NCBI RefSeq assembly: GCF_000016745.1 | Contig: NC_009483.1 | Coordinates: 30,001-62,000 of the forward strand | Direction: 5' to 3' | From: Geotalea uraniireducens Rf4 | GTDB taxonomy: Bacteria; Desulfobacterota; Desulfuromonadia; Geobacterales; Geobacteraceae | Length of the DNA stretch: 32,000 nucleotides | Part shown: piece by piece, positions 15,854 to 24,022 of the stretch | Layout: each line of letters opens with the position of its first letter | How positions within the stretch are numbered: position 1 is the first letter of the stretch | Notes under the pieces: generated by a model | What the model saw: only the letters and a program-made list of their open reading frames with translations | Told to the model about the DNA's origin: nothing | Databases searched by the model: none | Program-made: the position numbers and the translations under genes

Positions 15854-16630
15854 ATGCCAATCATCCATTTCATCGGCGCCGGTCCCGGCGATGCTGAACT
15901 GATAACCGTCAAGGGTGCCCGGCTGCTCCGCGAGGCGGACGTGGTAGTCTACGCCGGGAGCCTCGTCGACCTGGAGCTGGTAAAAACCTACGCAGCCGAT
16001 GCCGAGGTCTACGATTCCGCGGGGATGACCCTGGAGGAGACCACGCGGGTGCTGGCCGAGGCGGTTATTGCCGGGAAAAAGGTGGTGCGGCTCCATACGG
16101 GCGACCCTTCCATCTACGGCGCCATCCAGGAGCAGATGGCGGAGCTTGACCTGCTCGGCATCGACTACGAGGTGGTGCCTGGTGTGACGAGCGCCTTTGC
16201 CGCCGCTGCAACTCTGAAACAGGAGCTGACCCTCCCCGAGGTTTCACAGACGGTAATCATCACCCGGCTGGCAGGAAAGACCCCTGTGCCGGAGCGGGAA
16301 AAACTCGCCGAAATTGCAAAAATAGGCGCGACCCTCGTCATCTATCTCTCCGTTTCCATGATCGACCGGGTGGTGGCGGAGCTTCTCGAAGGGGCCTACA
16401 CGGCTGAAACGCCGGTTGCCGTGGTAGCCAAAGCATCGTGGCCCGACGAGCAGGTGGTGGAAGGAACCCTCGCCGATATTGCCGGAAAAGTGCAGGCGGC
16501 CGGCATCGGCAAACAGGCCCTGATTCTCGTCGGCGACGTGCTCAAGGCCCGCAGGGAAGGACTGAAAGCCAAGTCGCTCCTCTACGACAAGGGGTTCAGC
16601 CACGAGTTCCGGAAGGGGCTTGTCGGGTAA
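15854..16630 (+). CDS. cbiF: cobalt-precorrin-4 C11-methyltransferase
   Basis: IHFIGAGPGDAELITVKG, HTGDPSIYGA, VVPGVTS. Confidence 0.85.
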   Translation: MPIIHFIGAGPGDAELITVKGARLLREADVVVYAGSLVDLELVKTYAADAEVYDSAGMTLEETTRVLAEAVIAGKKVVRLHTGDPSIYGAIQEQMAELDLLGIDYEVVPGVTSAFAAAATLKQELTLPEVSQTVIITRLAGKTPVPEREKLAEIAKIGATLVIYLSVSMIDRVVAELLEGAYTAETPVAVVAKASWPDEQVVEGTLADIAGKVQAAGIGKQALILVGDVLKARREGLKAKSLLYDKGFSHEFRKGLVG

Positions 16631-16654
16631 CTTAACTGCAAAAGCAAAAACCAT

Positions 16655-16771
16655 TGAACCGCAAAGCTGCAAAGGGCGCGAAGAAATCTTAAAACCAAAA
16701 TCTCTTTAAGATGCATTTAGTCTTTACTTTGCGCTCTTTACGTTTAGGCCCTTTGGGTCCTTTGCGGTTCA
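16655..16771. repeat. 117-nt imperfect palindromic element in the cbiF-cbiG spacer
   Basis: Terminal 12-bp perfect arms TGAACCGCAAAG / CTTTGCGGTTCA, further CAAAGGGC/GCCCTTTG pairing, and an inner hairpin ATCTTAAA/TTTAAGAT. Followed by GAGATTTTTT. Confidence 0.7.
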
Positions 16772-16803
16772 GAGATTTTTTCGGTTGTTGTTTCAGGAGT
16801 GCC

Positions 16804-17865
16804 ATGCGAATTGCCATCATCGCCATAACCCGTAACGGGGCAAGGCTCGGAGCCCAGATGAAGGAGGGCTTCGCCCGTGCGGACCTGTTCGTACTGCAGA
16901 AATATGCGGGTGCGGCCGGGAAGAAGGCAATACCATTTATCGGCGAGCTGAAGGAACTGGTGCGAAAGCTCTGGTCGGAGACCGACGGTTTTGTCTTTAT
17001 CATGGCGACCGGCATTGTCGTGCGGATGATCGCTCCGCTTCTTGAGGCGAAGGATAAGGACCCGGCTGTGGTGGTGATGGACGACACCGGGAAGTTTGCC
17101 ATTTCGCTTCTTTCCGGCCACCTGGGCGGGGCCAACGAGCTTGCCTGCCGCTGTTCCTTCCTGACCGGGGCGCGGGAGGTGATAACCACCGCTACCGACG
17201 CCAACTGCCTCCCTTCCTTCGATATGCTGGCCAAGGAAGAGGGGTGGATAATCGATGACCTCTCAAAGGTCAAGATACTCAACAGCCTGATCCTTGATGA
17301 TGCGGAGATAGCGGTAGTGGATTCGACCTGCCGGGTCCGGCCCTGGTTCCACGGTCGCGGCAGGCTTTCGTTTTACGACACCTTTGTCGAGGCGTTGCAG
17401 AGCCCTGCGAAGGGCTACCTGTTTGTGACCAACCGTCAATTGCCGTCCCAGGTGCAGTCGGAAAGACTGCTGATACTACGTCCGCAGAACCTGGTGCTGG
17501 GAATCGGCTGCAATAGCGGCACGACGGTGGAAGAGGTCGAAGCGGTCGTCAGCGCCAACCTGAAGCGTCTTTTTCTCTCCATCAAAAGCCTCAAGTGCAT
17601 TGCTTCGGCTTCCGCCAAGAGGGACGAAGCGGGGTTGCTGCAGTTTGCCGGCAAATATTCCGTACCGATCCGTTTTTTCGAGAGCGAAGAATTAAACAGC
17701 GTTGCAGCGCCATCGCCACCGTCCAGTCACTCCATCAAGGCCATAGGTGCGGTCGGGGTCGCAGAGCCGGCTGCGTTGCTGGCTTCCGGCGGCGGCACGA
17801 TGCTCCTGAAAAAGGTAAAAAGCGGCAATGTGACGCTGGCGATAGCGGAGTGCCTGATTTCATAA
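16804..17865 (+). CDS. cbiG: cobalt-precorrin-5A hydrolase
   Basis: MRIAIIAITRNG..., GIVVRMIAP, SLLSGHLGGAN, LGIGCNSGT. I trimmed the track ORF to ATG 16804, after AGGAG. Confidence 0.8.
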   Translation: MRIAIIAITRNGARLGAQMKEGFARADLFVLQKYAGAAGKKAIPFIGELKELVRKLWSETDGFVFIMATGIVVRMIAPLLEAKDKDPAVVVMDDTGKFAISLLSGHLGGANELACRCSFLTGAREVITTATDANCLPSFDMLAKEEGWIIDDLSKVKILNSLILDDAEIAVVDSTCRVRPWFHGRGRLSFYDTFVEALQSPAKGYLFVTNRQLPSQVQSERLLILRPQNLVLGIGCNSGTTVEEVEAVVSANLKRLFLSIKSLKCIASASAKRDEAGLLQFAGKYSVPIRFFESEELNSVAAPSPPSSHSIKAIGAVGVAEPAALLASGGGTMLLKKVKSGNVTLAIAECLIS

Positions 17866-17901
17866 TTGTAGCCGGAAGAACCGGAAGGAATTTAGTTCTC
17901 G

Positions 17902-20265
17902 ATGACACAGTCTACCTTATACATTGTCGGTATCGGTCCTGGCGGCCTCAACCACATGACGTTCGAAGCACGGGATGCGCTTGAGAGGTCCCAGGTGGTG
18001 GTCGGCTACAAGACCTACCTGGACTTCATCACGCCGCTTTTGGCCGGGAAAGAGGTTGTCTCTTCCGGCATGATGAAGGAAGTGGATCGCTGCAACGAGG
18101 CGCTCGCCATTGCAGGCTCGGGCAAGACGGTTGCCCTGGTTTCCAGTGGCGATGCCGGGGTTTACGGCATGGCTGGATTGGCGTTGGAGCTGGCGGAAAA
18201 CCTGCATGATCCCCCCGAAATCATCATCGTTCCCGGTGTTTCGGCGGTGCAGGCGGCAGCCGCAGTTCTCGGCGCGCCGCTCATGCACGATTTTGCGGTA
18301 ATATCCCTTTCAGACCTGCTTACTCACTGGGATACCATCGAACGGCGCCTTGTGGCCGCGGCTGCGGCGGATTTCGTGGTTGCCCTCTACAATCCCCGCA
18401 GCAAGGGGAGAACGACGCAGATTGAATCGGCCCGAAATATCATGCTGGCGGCCCGTTCCTCCCGCACTCCCGTCGGCATTGTGCGTAATGCCTGCCGCGA
18501 CGGCGAGGAGAAGGTCGTTACGACCCTTGCAGACATGCTTTCCCACCATATCGACATGTTTTCCATAGTCATTATCGGCAATTCCGCCACCTATGAAGAT
18601 CAGAAAGGGAGGATGGTAACGCCGAGGGGGTATGAGACAGGAGCGAGGAACGAGGAGCGAGGAGCTAGGAGCGGGGAACGGGGAACGAGGGCAACAAGAG
18701 AAAACCTCAAACCTCGAACCTCGAACCTCGAACCTGCCGCGCAGCGCGCCGTGATGTTCTGCGGCACCGGGTCAGATGTGGGGAAATCCGTCCTCACCGC
18801 CGGATTGTGCCGCATTCTCAGCAGGCGCGGCATCTGCGTGGCGCCGTTCAAGTCCCAGAATATGGCTCTCAACTCGGCGGTCACCCCGGAAGGGGGGGAG
18901 ATCGGCCGGGCCCAGGCAGTGCAGGCCGAGGCATGCGGCATACCGTCCCATACGGACATGAACCCGGTCCTGTTGAAGCCCAACTCAGACACGGGGAGCC
19001 AGATCGTCGTCCAGGGGAAGGTGATCGGCAACATGCGGGTCGCGGAGTACAACGCCTACAAGCCGGAGGCGTTTGTCAAGGTGAGGGAGAGTTTCGACCG
19101 TCTCAAATCGCGCTTTGATTTTGTCGTCATCGAAGGGGCCGGAAGTATTGCCGAGATCAATCTGAAGCGCCACGACATTGCCAATCTGAAGGTGGCCGAG
19201 ATGGCCGGCTGCCCGGTGATCCTGGTGGCGGACATCGACCGGGGAGGGGTCTTCGCCCAGATCGTCGGCACTGTCGAGCTTTTGGAGCCGGCTGAGCGGG
19301 CGATGGTCAAGGGTGTCATCATCAACAAGTTCCGCGGCGATGCTTCGCTCTTGAAGCCGGGCATCGACTTTGTGGAAGGGAGGACCGGCCTGCCGGTGCT
19401 GGGTGTGGTCCCTTATTTCCAGGGTTTCCGCATTCCGGATGAGGACAGTGTCGCCCTGGAAAAGCGTGGGACCGGGGATCGTGGACCGGGGACCGGCAAG
19501 GACAAGATCCATGTCGGCGTAATCAAGCTGCCGCGGATTTCCAATTATACCGACTTCGACGTGCTGGAGAGGGAGCCGGACGTCACACTGCGCTATATCG
19601 ACAGTCCGAAGCAACTGTCCGGTCTGGACCTCCTTATCCTCCCCGGGAGCAAATCCACCATTGCCGATCTTTACTATCTGATGGAACACGGCTTGTACAA
19701 GGCGATTCGCAGCTTCAGCGGCGCGATCATGGGGATTTGCGGCGGTTACCAGATACTGGGGAGGCGGGTGCTCGATCCGTTCAACATCGAATCCGACATC
19801 AGGGAAGCCGAAGGGCTGGGCCTGCTGGATGTGGAGACGACCATGCTGATGAAGAAGGAGACCCATCAGGCCGAGGCCAGGCTTCTGCCGGGCATTGTGC
19901 CGGTTGCAGCGGATTGCGGCGAGGAACTGACTGGTTACGAAATTCACATGGGCGAAACAATCCTGGGCGCCGGGGCACGGCCGTTTGCAACGATCACCCT
20001 TCGTTCCGGCAAGGCGGTGGATGTTCAGGACGGGGCGGTTTCGCCGGACGGAAGGGTGTTCGGCACATACCTGCACGGCGTCTTCGACAACGCCGGGTTC
20101 AGATCCGCCTTTCTCAACAGGATCAGACGGGAGAAAGGGTTGCAGGAACAAAGGAAGGTCGTCATCCTGAAGGACCCCTTCGACCTGCTGGCGGCGCATC
20201 TGGAGCGGCATGTGGACATGGAGCGGCTGCTGGCGATCTGCGGCCTGGCGAATCCTGAAGAGTAG
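17902..20265 (+). CDS. cbiH/cobQ: single ORF fusing cobalt-factor III/precorrin-3B C17-methyltransferase (CbiH, about 17902-18630) to cobyric acid synthase (CobQ/CbiP, about 18745-20265)
   Basis: N-terminal LYIVGIGPGG...VPGVSA...IIGNS..MVTPRGY. C-terminal MFCGTGSDVGKSVL..., NKFRGD, PRISNYTDFD, GICGGYQ, YLHG. The linker GARNEERGARSGERGTRATRENLKPRTSNLEP is encoded entirely by a heptamer array. Confidence 0.8.
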   Translation: MTQSTLYIVGIGPGGLNHMTFEARDALERSQVVVGYKTYLDFITPLLAGKEVVSSGMMKEVDRCNEALAIAGSGKTVALVSSGDAGVYGMAGLALELAENLHDPPEIIIVPGVSAVQAAAAVLGAPLMHDFAVISLSDLLTHWDTIERRLVAAAAADFVVALYNPRSKGRTTQIESARNIMLAARSSRTPVGIVRNACRDGEEKVVTTLADMLSHHIDMFSIVIIGNSATYEDQKGRMVTPRGYETGARNEERGARSGERGTRATRENLKPRTSNLEPAAQRAVMFCGTGSDVGKSVLTAGLCRILSRRGICVAPFKSQNMALNSAVTPEGGEIGRAQAVQAEACGIPSHTDMNPVLLKPNSDTGSQIVVQGKVIGNMRVAEYNAYKPEAFVKVRESFDRLKSRFDFVVIEGAGSIAEINLKRHDIANLKVAEMAGCPVILVADIDRGGVFAQIVGTVELLEPAERAMVKGVIINKFRGDASLLKPGIDFVEGRTGLPVLGVVPYFQGFRIPDEDSVALEKRGTGDRGPGTGKDKIHVGVIKLPRISNYTDFDVLEREPDVTLRYIDSPKQLSGLDLLILPGSKSTIADLYYLMEHGLYKAIRSFSGAIMGICGGYQILGRRVLDPFNIESDIREAEGLGLLDVETTMLMKKETHQAEARLLPGIVPVAADCGEELTGYEIHMGETILGAGARPFATITLRSGKAVDVQDGAVSPDGRVFGTYLHGVFDNAGFRSAFLNRIRREKGLQEQRKVVILKDPFDLLAAHLERHVDMERLLAICGLANPEE
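18639..18736. repeat. 14 in-register heptamers: AGGAGCG family x5, GGGAACG x2, 2 degenerate, AAACCTC/GAACCTC x5
   Basis: Counted directly; 98 nt is exactly 14 x 7. Confidence 0.9.
19468..19495. repeat. GGGACCG GGGATCG TGGACCG GGGACCG inside cobQ
   Basis: Counted directly. Encodes GTGDRGPGTG in the linker before the glutamine amidotransferase domain. Confidence 0.85.
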
Positions 20266-20334
20266 GCAAAAGGGCACGGAGGCCATGGAAAGAACAAAAA
20301 GCAAAAAAAGGTCGTCCGGTCTCTCCATTCCGCT

Positions 20335-21321
20335 ATGGTGAATGCATGGTTACCCGTGACAGAAACGCTCGCCCGTAGTGCTGCCGTGATCATCGTTGCC
20401 GTTCTGCTCGATCTGCTCCTGGGCGATCCGCGCTGGCTGCCGCACCCGGTGGTCGGCATCGGCAGGCTCATCTCCTTCACGGAGAAGGCTTTGCGCCGGT
20501 CCATCCCCAACGAGCGCGCCGCTGGGATTCTCCTCCTTTTCATCACCGTCGGCCTCACCTATTCACTTGCATACCTGTTCTTGAGGGGGGCTTACGGCAT
20601 AAGCCCTTACCTCGGTTCTGCAACAGCAGCGTTCCTCGCCTGGACCTGTCTGGCGGCCCGATCCCTGCACCGGGAATCCCGGCTTGTGGCGGATGCCCTC
20701 TTAAGGGGAGATATTCAGGAGGCGCGCCGTTACCTCTCCTATATCGTCGGCCGGGACACGGCGGAGCTGGAGGCGCCGGAGATTTGGCGCGGGGTGGTGG
20801 AAACCGTGGCGGAAAATACCTCCGACGGGGTCATCGCCCCCCTTTTCTATCTGATGCTTGGCGGCCCTGCCCTCGGGCTGGCCTACAAGGCGGTCAATAC
20901 CCTCGATTCCATGGTCGGCTACAAAAACGAGCGTTACCTCCGCTTCGGCTGGGCATCGGCCCGCTTCGACGATCTGGCGAATTACATCCCTGCCCGACTT
21001 ACCGGTTTGCTGATGGTGATCGCTGCGCCGCTTGTCGGCCTGTCTGCTCGCAGTGCCTGGCGCATTATGCTGCGAGACGGACGCAATCACTCTTCCCCCA
21101 ACAGCGGCGTTTCAGAGGCGGCTGCCGCCGGGGCGCTAGCTGTGCAACTGGGGGGGCTCAACCATTATTTCGGCAAACCGGTTGAGAAACCGACCATCGG
21201 CGATGCGTGCGGGCCGCTGACGCCGGAAGCCTACCGGGGAGCAGTGCGGCTCATGTACGGCGCCGAAATCCTGCTGGTGGCGGGATTCCTGGTAGTTGCG
21301 AATCTCTGTTTCTCTCCGTAG
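20335..21321 (+). CDS. cbiB: adenosylcobinamide-phosphate synthase
   Basis: LLDLLLGDPRWLPHPVVGIG at the N-terminus, membrane protein, NTLDSMVGYK, HSSPNSG. Confidence 0.85.
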   Translation: MVNAWLPVTETLARSAAVIIVAVLLDLLLGDPRWLPHPVVGIGRLISFTEKALRRSIPNERAAGILLLFITVGLTYSLAYLFLRGAYGISPYLGSATAAFLAWTCLAARSLHRESRLVADALLRGDIQEARRYLSYIVGRDTAELEAPEIWRGVVETVAENTSDGVIAPLFYLMLGGPALGLAYKAVNTLDSMVGYKNERYLRFGWASARFDDLANYIPARLTGLLMVIAAPLVGLSARSAWRIMLRDGRNHSSPNSGVSEAAAAGALAVQLGGLNHYFGKPVEKPTIGDACGPLTPEAYRGAVRLMYGAEILLVAGFLVVANLCFSP

Positions 21322-21354
21322 AGCACACCAAATAATCCTAAAAACGGCAGTTAT

Positions 21355-21495
21355 GCCACAGAGCCACGGAGACACAGAGAAAATCACAGAGTATTTACAA
21401 ATAAGACCGTTCACCAAAATGGAGAAGCACAAACAAGCTGCTTAATGATGCAACCTTTCTATTTTGTTAACTCGGTGTCTCTGTGGCGCTGTGGC
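21355..21495. repeat. inverted repeat element (25-bp arms, 3 mismatches, 91-nt spacer) in the cbiB-cobD gap
   Basis: GCCACAGAGCCACGGAGACACAGAG (21355-21379) against the reverse complement of CTCGGTGTCTCTGTGGCGCTGTGGC (21471-21495). The left arm is an octamer triplet of CCACAGAG type. Confidence 0.7.
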
Positions 21496-21561
21496 AAATG
21501 CTTTTTCTGGATAATTGTGGATGATGGTTTTTTTGAGCGCATTGCGCCAAAGGATGAGCAT

Positions 21562-22635
21562 ATGAAAAACTTCGATCATGGCGGTAATGTCTTTGCCGTT
21601 GCCCGTTCCCTGGGGGTCAGGCCGGAAGAGATTCTCGATTTTTCCGCCAGCATCAACCCGCTCGGGATGGCGCCGGTGGTGAAGGAGGCGCTCCTTTCTT
21701 CTCTTGATCGGCTCATGCACTACCCTGACAGCGATGCCGTGGAACTGAGCCGGGCCGTGGCTGCGTTCCACGGCCTTGACGAAGCGTCTATCTGCGTGTC
21801 AAACGGCTCAACGGAACTCATCTACCTGCTCCCCCGCCTGGTCAAGGGGAAGCGGGCGCTTATCGTCGCCCCTGCCTTTTCCGAATATGCGAATGCTTTG
21901 GCGCGGGAGGGGTGGGAGATTGCCTATCTCGACCTTGCAGCGCATGACGGATTCAGCCTGTCGCTTCAGGCGCTGGAAGAACGCCTTGCGGAAGGCTTCG
22001 ACGCCCTGTTCCTCTGCAACCCCGGCAATCCCACCGGTAAACTGCTGCCCCCTGCGACCATTGAAAAGGTTTGTGCCCTCTGTCGCTCGAACGGAACCTT
22101 CCTGGTTTTGGACGAGGCGTTCATGGATTTCTGCGAAGAGGAGTCGGCCAAACATCTCATCGTCAAAGGGGGGGGAGTGGTGCTGCGCTCCCTGACAAAG
22201 TTCTTTGCCATCCCCGGTTTGCGGCTCGGCTACGCCCTTGGTTCCGCGTCGGTCATTGCCGGTCTGGCGGCACTGCGCGAGCCTTGGAGCGTCAACACCC
22301 CCGCCCAGGCAGCCGGTATCGCTGCACTGTCCGACCACGATTACCGGCAGCGCACCATGCGGTTTGTGGCCGCGGAACGCGCTTTTCTTGCCGCAGGCCT
22401 TGCCGCTTTAGCCGGTTGCAAGCCTTATCCGGCGGCTGCAAATTACCTGCTGGTGGAGATCAAAGGGGGGCCTTCCGCTGCTGACCTCAGGGAGAGGCTT
22501 CTTGGCCGTGGCATCCTGATACGCGACTGCTCAACCTTTCACGGTCTCGATGACCGCTTTTTCAGGGTTGCGGTGCGCGGACGCGAGGAAAACGAACGAC
22601 TTGTCGAGCAGTTGGCGAAAGTGTTGCGGCTATAG
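21562..22635 (+). CDS. cobD: L-threonine-O-3-phosphate decarboxylase (class I/II aminotransferase fold)
   Basis: FDHGGNVF...ILDFSASINPLG at the N-terminus, LCNPGNPTG, SLTKFFAIPGLRLGY. I trimmed the track ORF to ATG 21562. Confidence 0.8.
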   Translation: MKNFDHGGNVFAVARSLGVRPEEILDFSASINPLGMAPVVKEALLSSLDRLMHYPDSDAVELSRAVAAFHGLDEASICVSNGSTELIYLLPRLVKGKRALIVAPAFSEYANALAREGWEIAYLDLAAHDGFSLSLQALEERLAEGFDALFLCNPGNPTGKLLPPATIEKVCALCRSNGTFLVLDEAFMDFCEEESAKHLIVKGGGVVLRSLTKFFAIPGLRLGYALGSASVIAGLAALREPWSVNTPAQAAGIAALSDHDYRQRTMRFVAAERAFLAAGLAALAGCKPYPAAANYLLVEIKGGPSAADLRERLLGRGILIRDCSTFHGLDDRFFRVAVRGREENERLVEQLAKVLRL

Positions 22636-22661
22636 GCCGGAAGGAGGGGATGGTCGGGACG

Positions 22662-23492
22662 TTAACGGACGGGGAGGGAATGAAAGTCCTTGTTGCAGCT
22701 CCGGATTTTCTTGATCTCTTCGCTGCAGACATACTTTATTATACGGTCGCGATTTCTTTCGTGGATGCTGATATATCTCATGCCGGCGATATAGCGATAG
22801 TTCGAGCGCCAGGTAGAGGGTTGACAGTAAACCACCTCGGCCACCGCCGGCACAAGTTCCGGTTGCGGGTGCGGCAAACGGAAGGCCAGGTTGAGCCGGG
22901 TGCCGGCTTGCAGTTCTTCCTGAAGCTCGGCCCTGATGCCGCCGCCGCTGATGTTGATGATGAGAGGCTCTGTTGCAGGTACTTTGCCGACGACATTTTC
23001 TTGTTCCATGACAAATGGGTTATGGAAGGCAAGAGGGTATGCCATGGAAACGGAAATGTCGCCGTATTCGGTTGTATTGTGGCCGGTAATACACCTGTTG
23101 CGTGGCACCTCCCAGCTTTGTTCCGGCGTTTCCGGGGAATACTCCATGCTGATTGATGTGTCGAGCCGGAAATATGATCTCAGTTCATCGGAAACCACGG
23201 GACCGGTGAGTTTAATGGTGAGGTTTTCGCAACTGTCATCATGCTCGATGACAGCTTTACAGCGGTAACCTTGACCGCGACTACCTGCCCTGATAGACAA
23301 GGGCTCGCCGCTTTTCAGCTGGATATTGTGCGGGAGCATGTCCCTCGATAAGCAGATGGCGAACAGATTTTTACTGATCGAGCTGATGACGGCCCATTCG
23401 TGAAAGAACTGGTTGCTGCCCAGAGGCAGTTCAATCTTAATGCGCTGGTTGATATGGAAATACTCGGAATAATTAGGGATATGCTCAGTCAT
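22662..23492 (-). CDS. YcgR-like PilZ-domain protein (putative c-di-GMP receptor)
   Basis: RSYFR (RxxxR) and INISGGGIR (D/NxSxxG) motifs. The local sequence is visibly more AT-rich than its neighbours. Confidence 0.65.
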   Translation of the reverse strand: MTEHIPNYSEYFHINQRIKIELPLGSNQFFHEWAVISSISKNLFAICLSRDMLPHNIQLKSGEPLSIRAGSRGQGYRCKAVIEHDDSCENLTIKLTGPVVSDELRSYFRLDTSISMEYSPETPEQSWEVPRNRCITGHNTTEYGDISVSMAYPLAFHNPFVMEQENVVGKVPATEPLIINISGGGIRAELQEELQAGTRLNLAFRLPHPQPELVPAVAEVVYCQPSTWRSNYRYIAGMRYISIHERNRDRIIKYVCSEEIKKIRSCNKDFHSLPVR

Positions 23493-23778
23493 TAAAGGTG
23501 ACCCGTGATGCCTGGCTGTGCAGAACCATTTGCCGTCGAGTAAAAGTGCTGAAGACGAGAATCTGTTAGCAAAATACTTGCCACTTGGTCGATTGACGCT
23601 CGGTATGCGTTATCATGTCGGTTTATTTAATATTTTACGTGGGTTAAGTCAACTGCTTTCCGGTGTTGCGGCACGTAACAACGGTTTGTGTCGGTTCCAT
23701 TACGCTAAACCCCCTGTTTTTAATGGTTATATGACATCACGTCTGTTTGTATGCCTATAAGCAGGCAATCATAAAAAC

Positions 23779-23823
23779 TTGACAAGAAACGAAATAGGAT
23801 TACTTTAAAAAGAAATGATTTCT
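23779..23823 (+). promoter_or_regulatory. candidate promoter plus Fur/Zur-box-like palindrome
   Basis: TTGACA (23779-23784), 16 nt, TACTTT (23801-23806). The palindrome AGAAATGATTTCT (23811-23823) lies within a 21-nt near-palindrome just downstream of the -10. Confidence 0.45.
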
Positions 23824-23834
23824 ATTTAGTTTCT

Positions 23835-23940
23835 GTCCGAAAAGGGTGCTTGTATGCCCTGGCTGTGTCAATCTGCGGGCTTGCTTGTGCGGCGTACCGA
23901 TGTACGCCTCCGCGCAATCCCTTGATTTCCTTGCCAGGAC
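23835..23940. repeat. imperfect palindromic REP/MITE-like element (GTCC...GGAC), copy B
   Basis: Central hairpin GGCGTAC cgat GTACGCC. Shares GCGTACC..GTACGCCTC and the terminal GCC(T)AGGAC with copy A, in the same orientation. Confidence 0.55.
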
Positions 23941-23963
23941 ATAAAATCCCCGCTTTCCGAATC

Positions 23964-24008
23964 AGAAACCAATAGTTTCTCATCGGGAGTTTCCGGATGG
24001 AAACTATT
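23964..24008 (+). promoter_or_regulatory. cluster of GAAAC/GTTTC inverted repeats just upstream of zur
   Basis: AGAAAC caata GTTTCT (23964-23980), GTTTCC ggat GGAAAC, and AATAGTTTC (23971-23979) against GAAACTATT (24000-24008). These give alternative hairpins or operator half-sites. Confidence 0.4.
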
Positions 24009-24022
24009 TACTGCGGGGCAAC

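Noticed and set aside
23518-23760. 80-aa ORF (GTG start) upstream of the PilZ gene.
   Set aside because: It has no Shine-Dalgarno or recognisable family and an odd composition. It lies in what is more likely the PilZ/zur divergent regulatory region.
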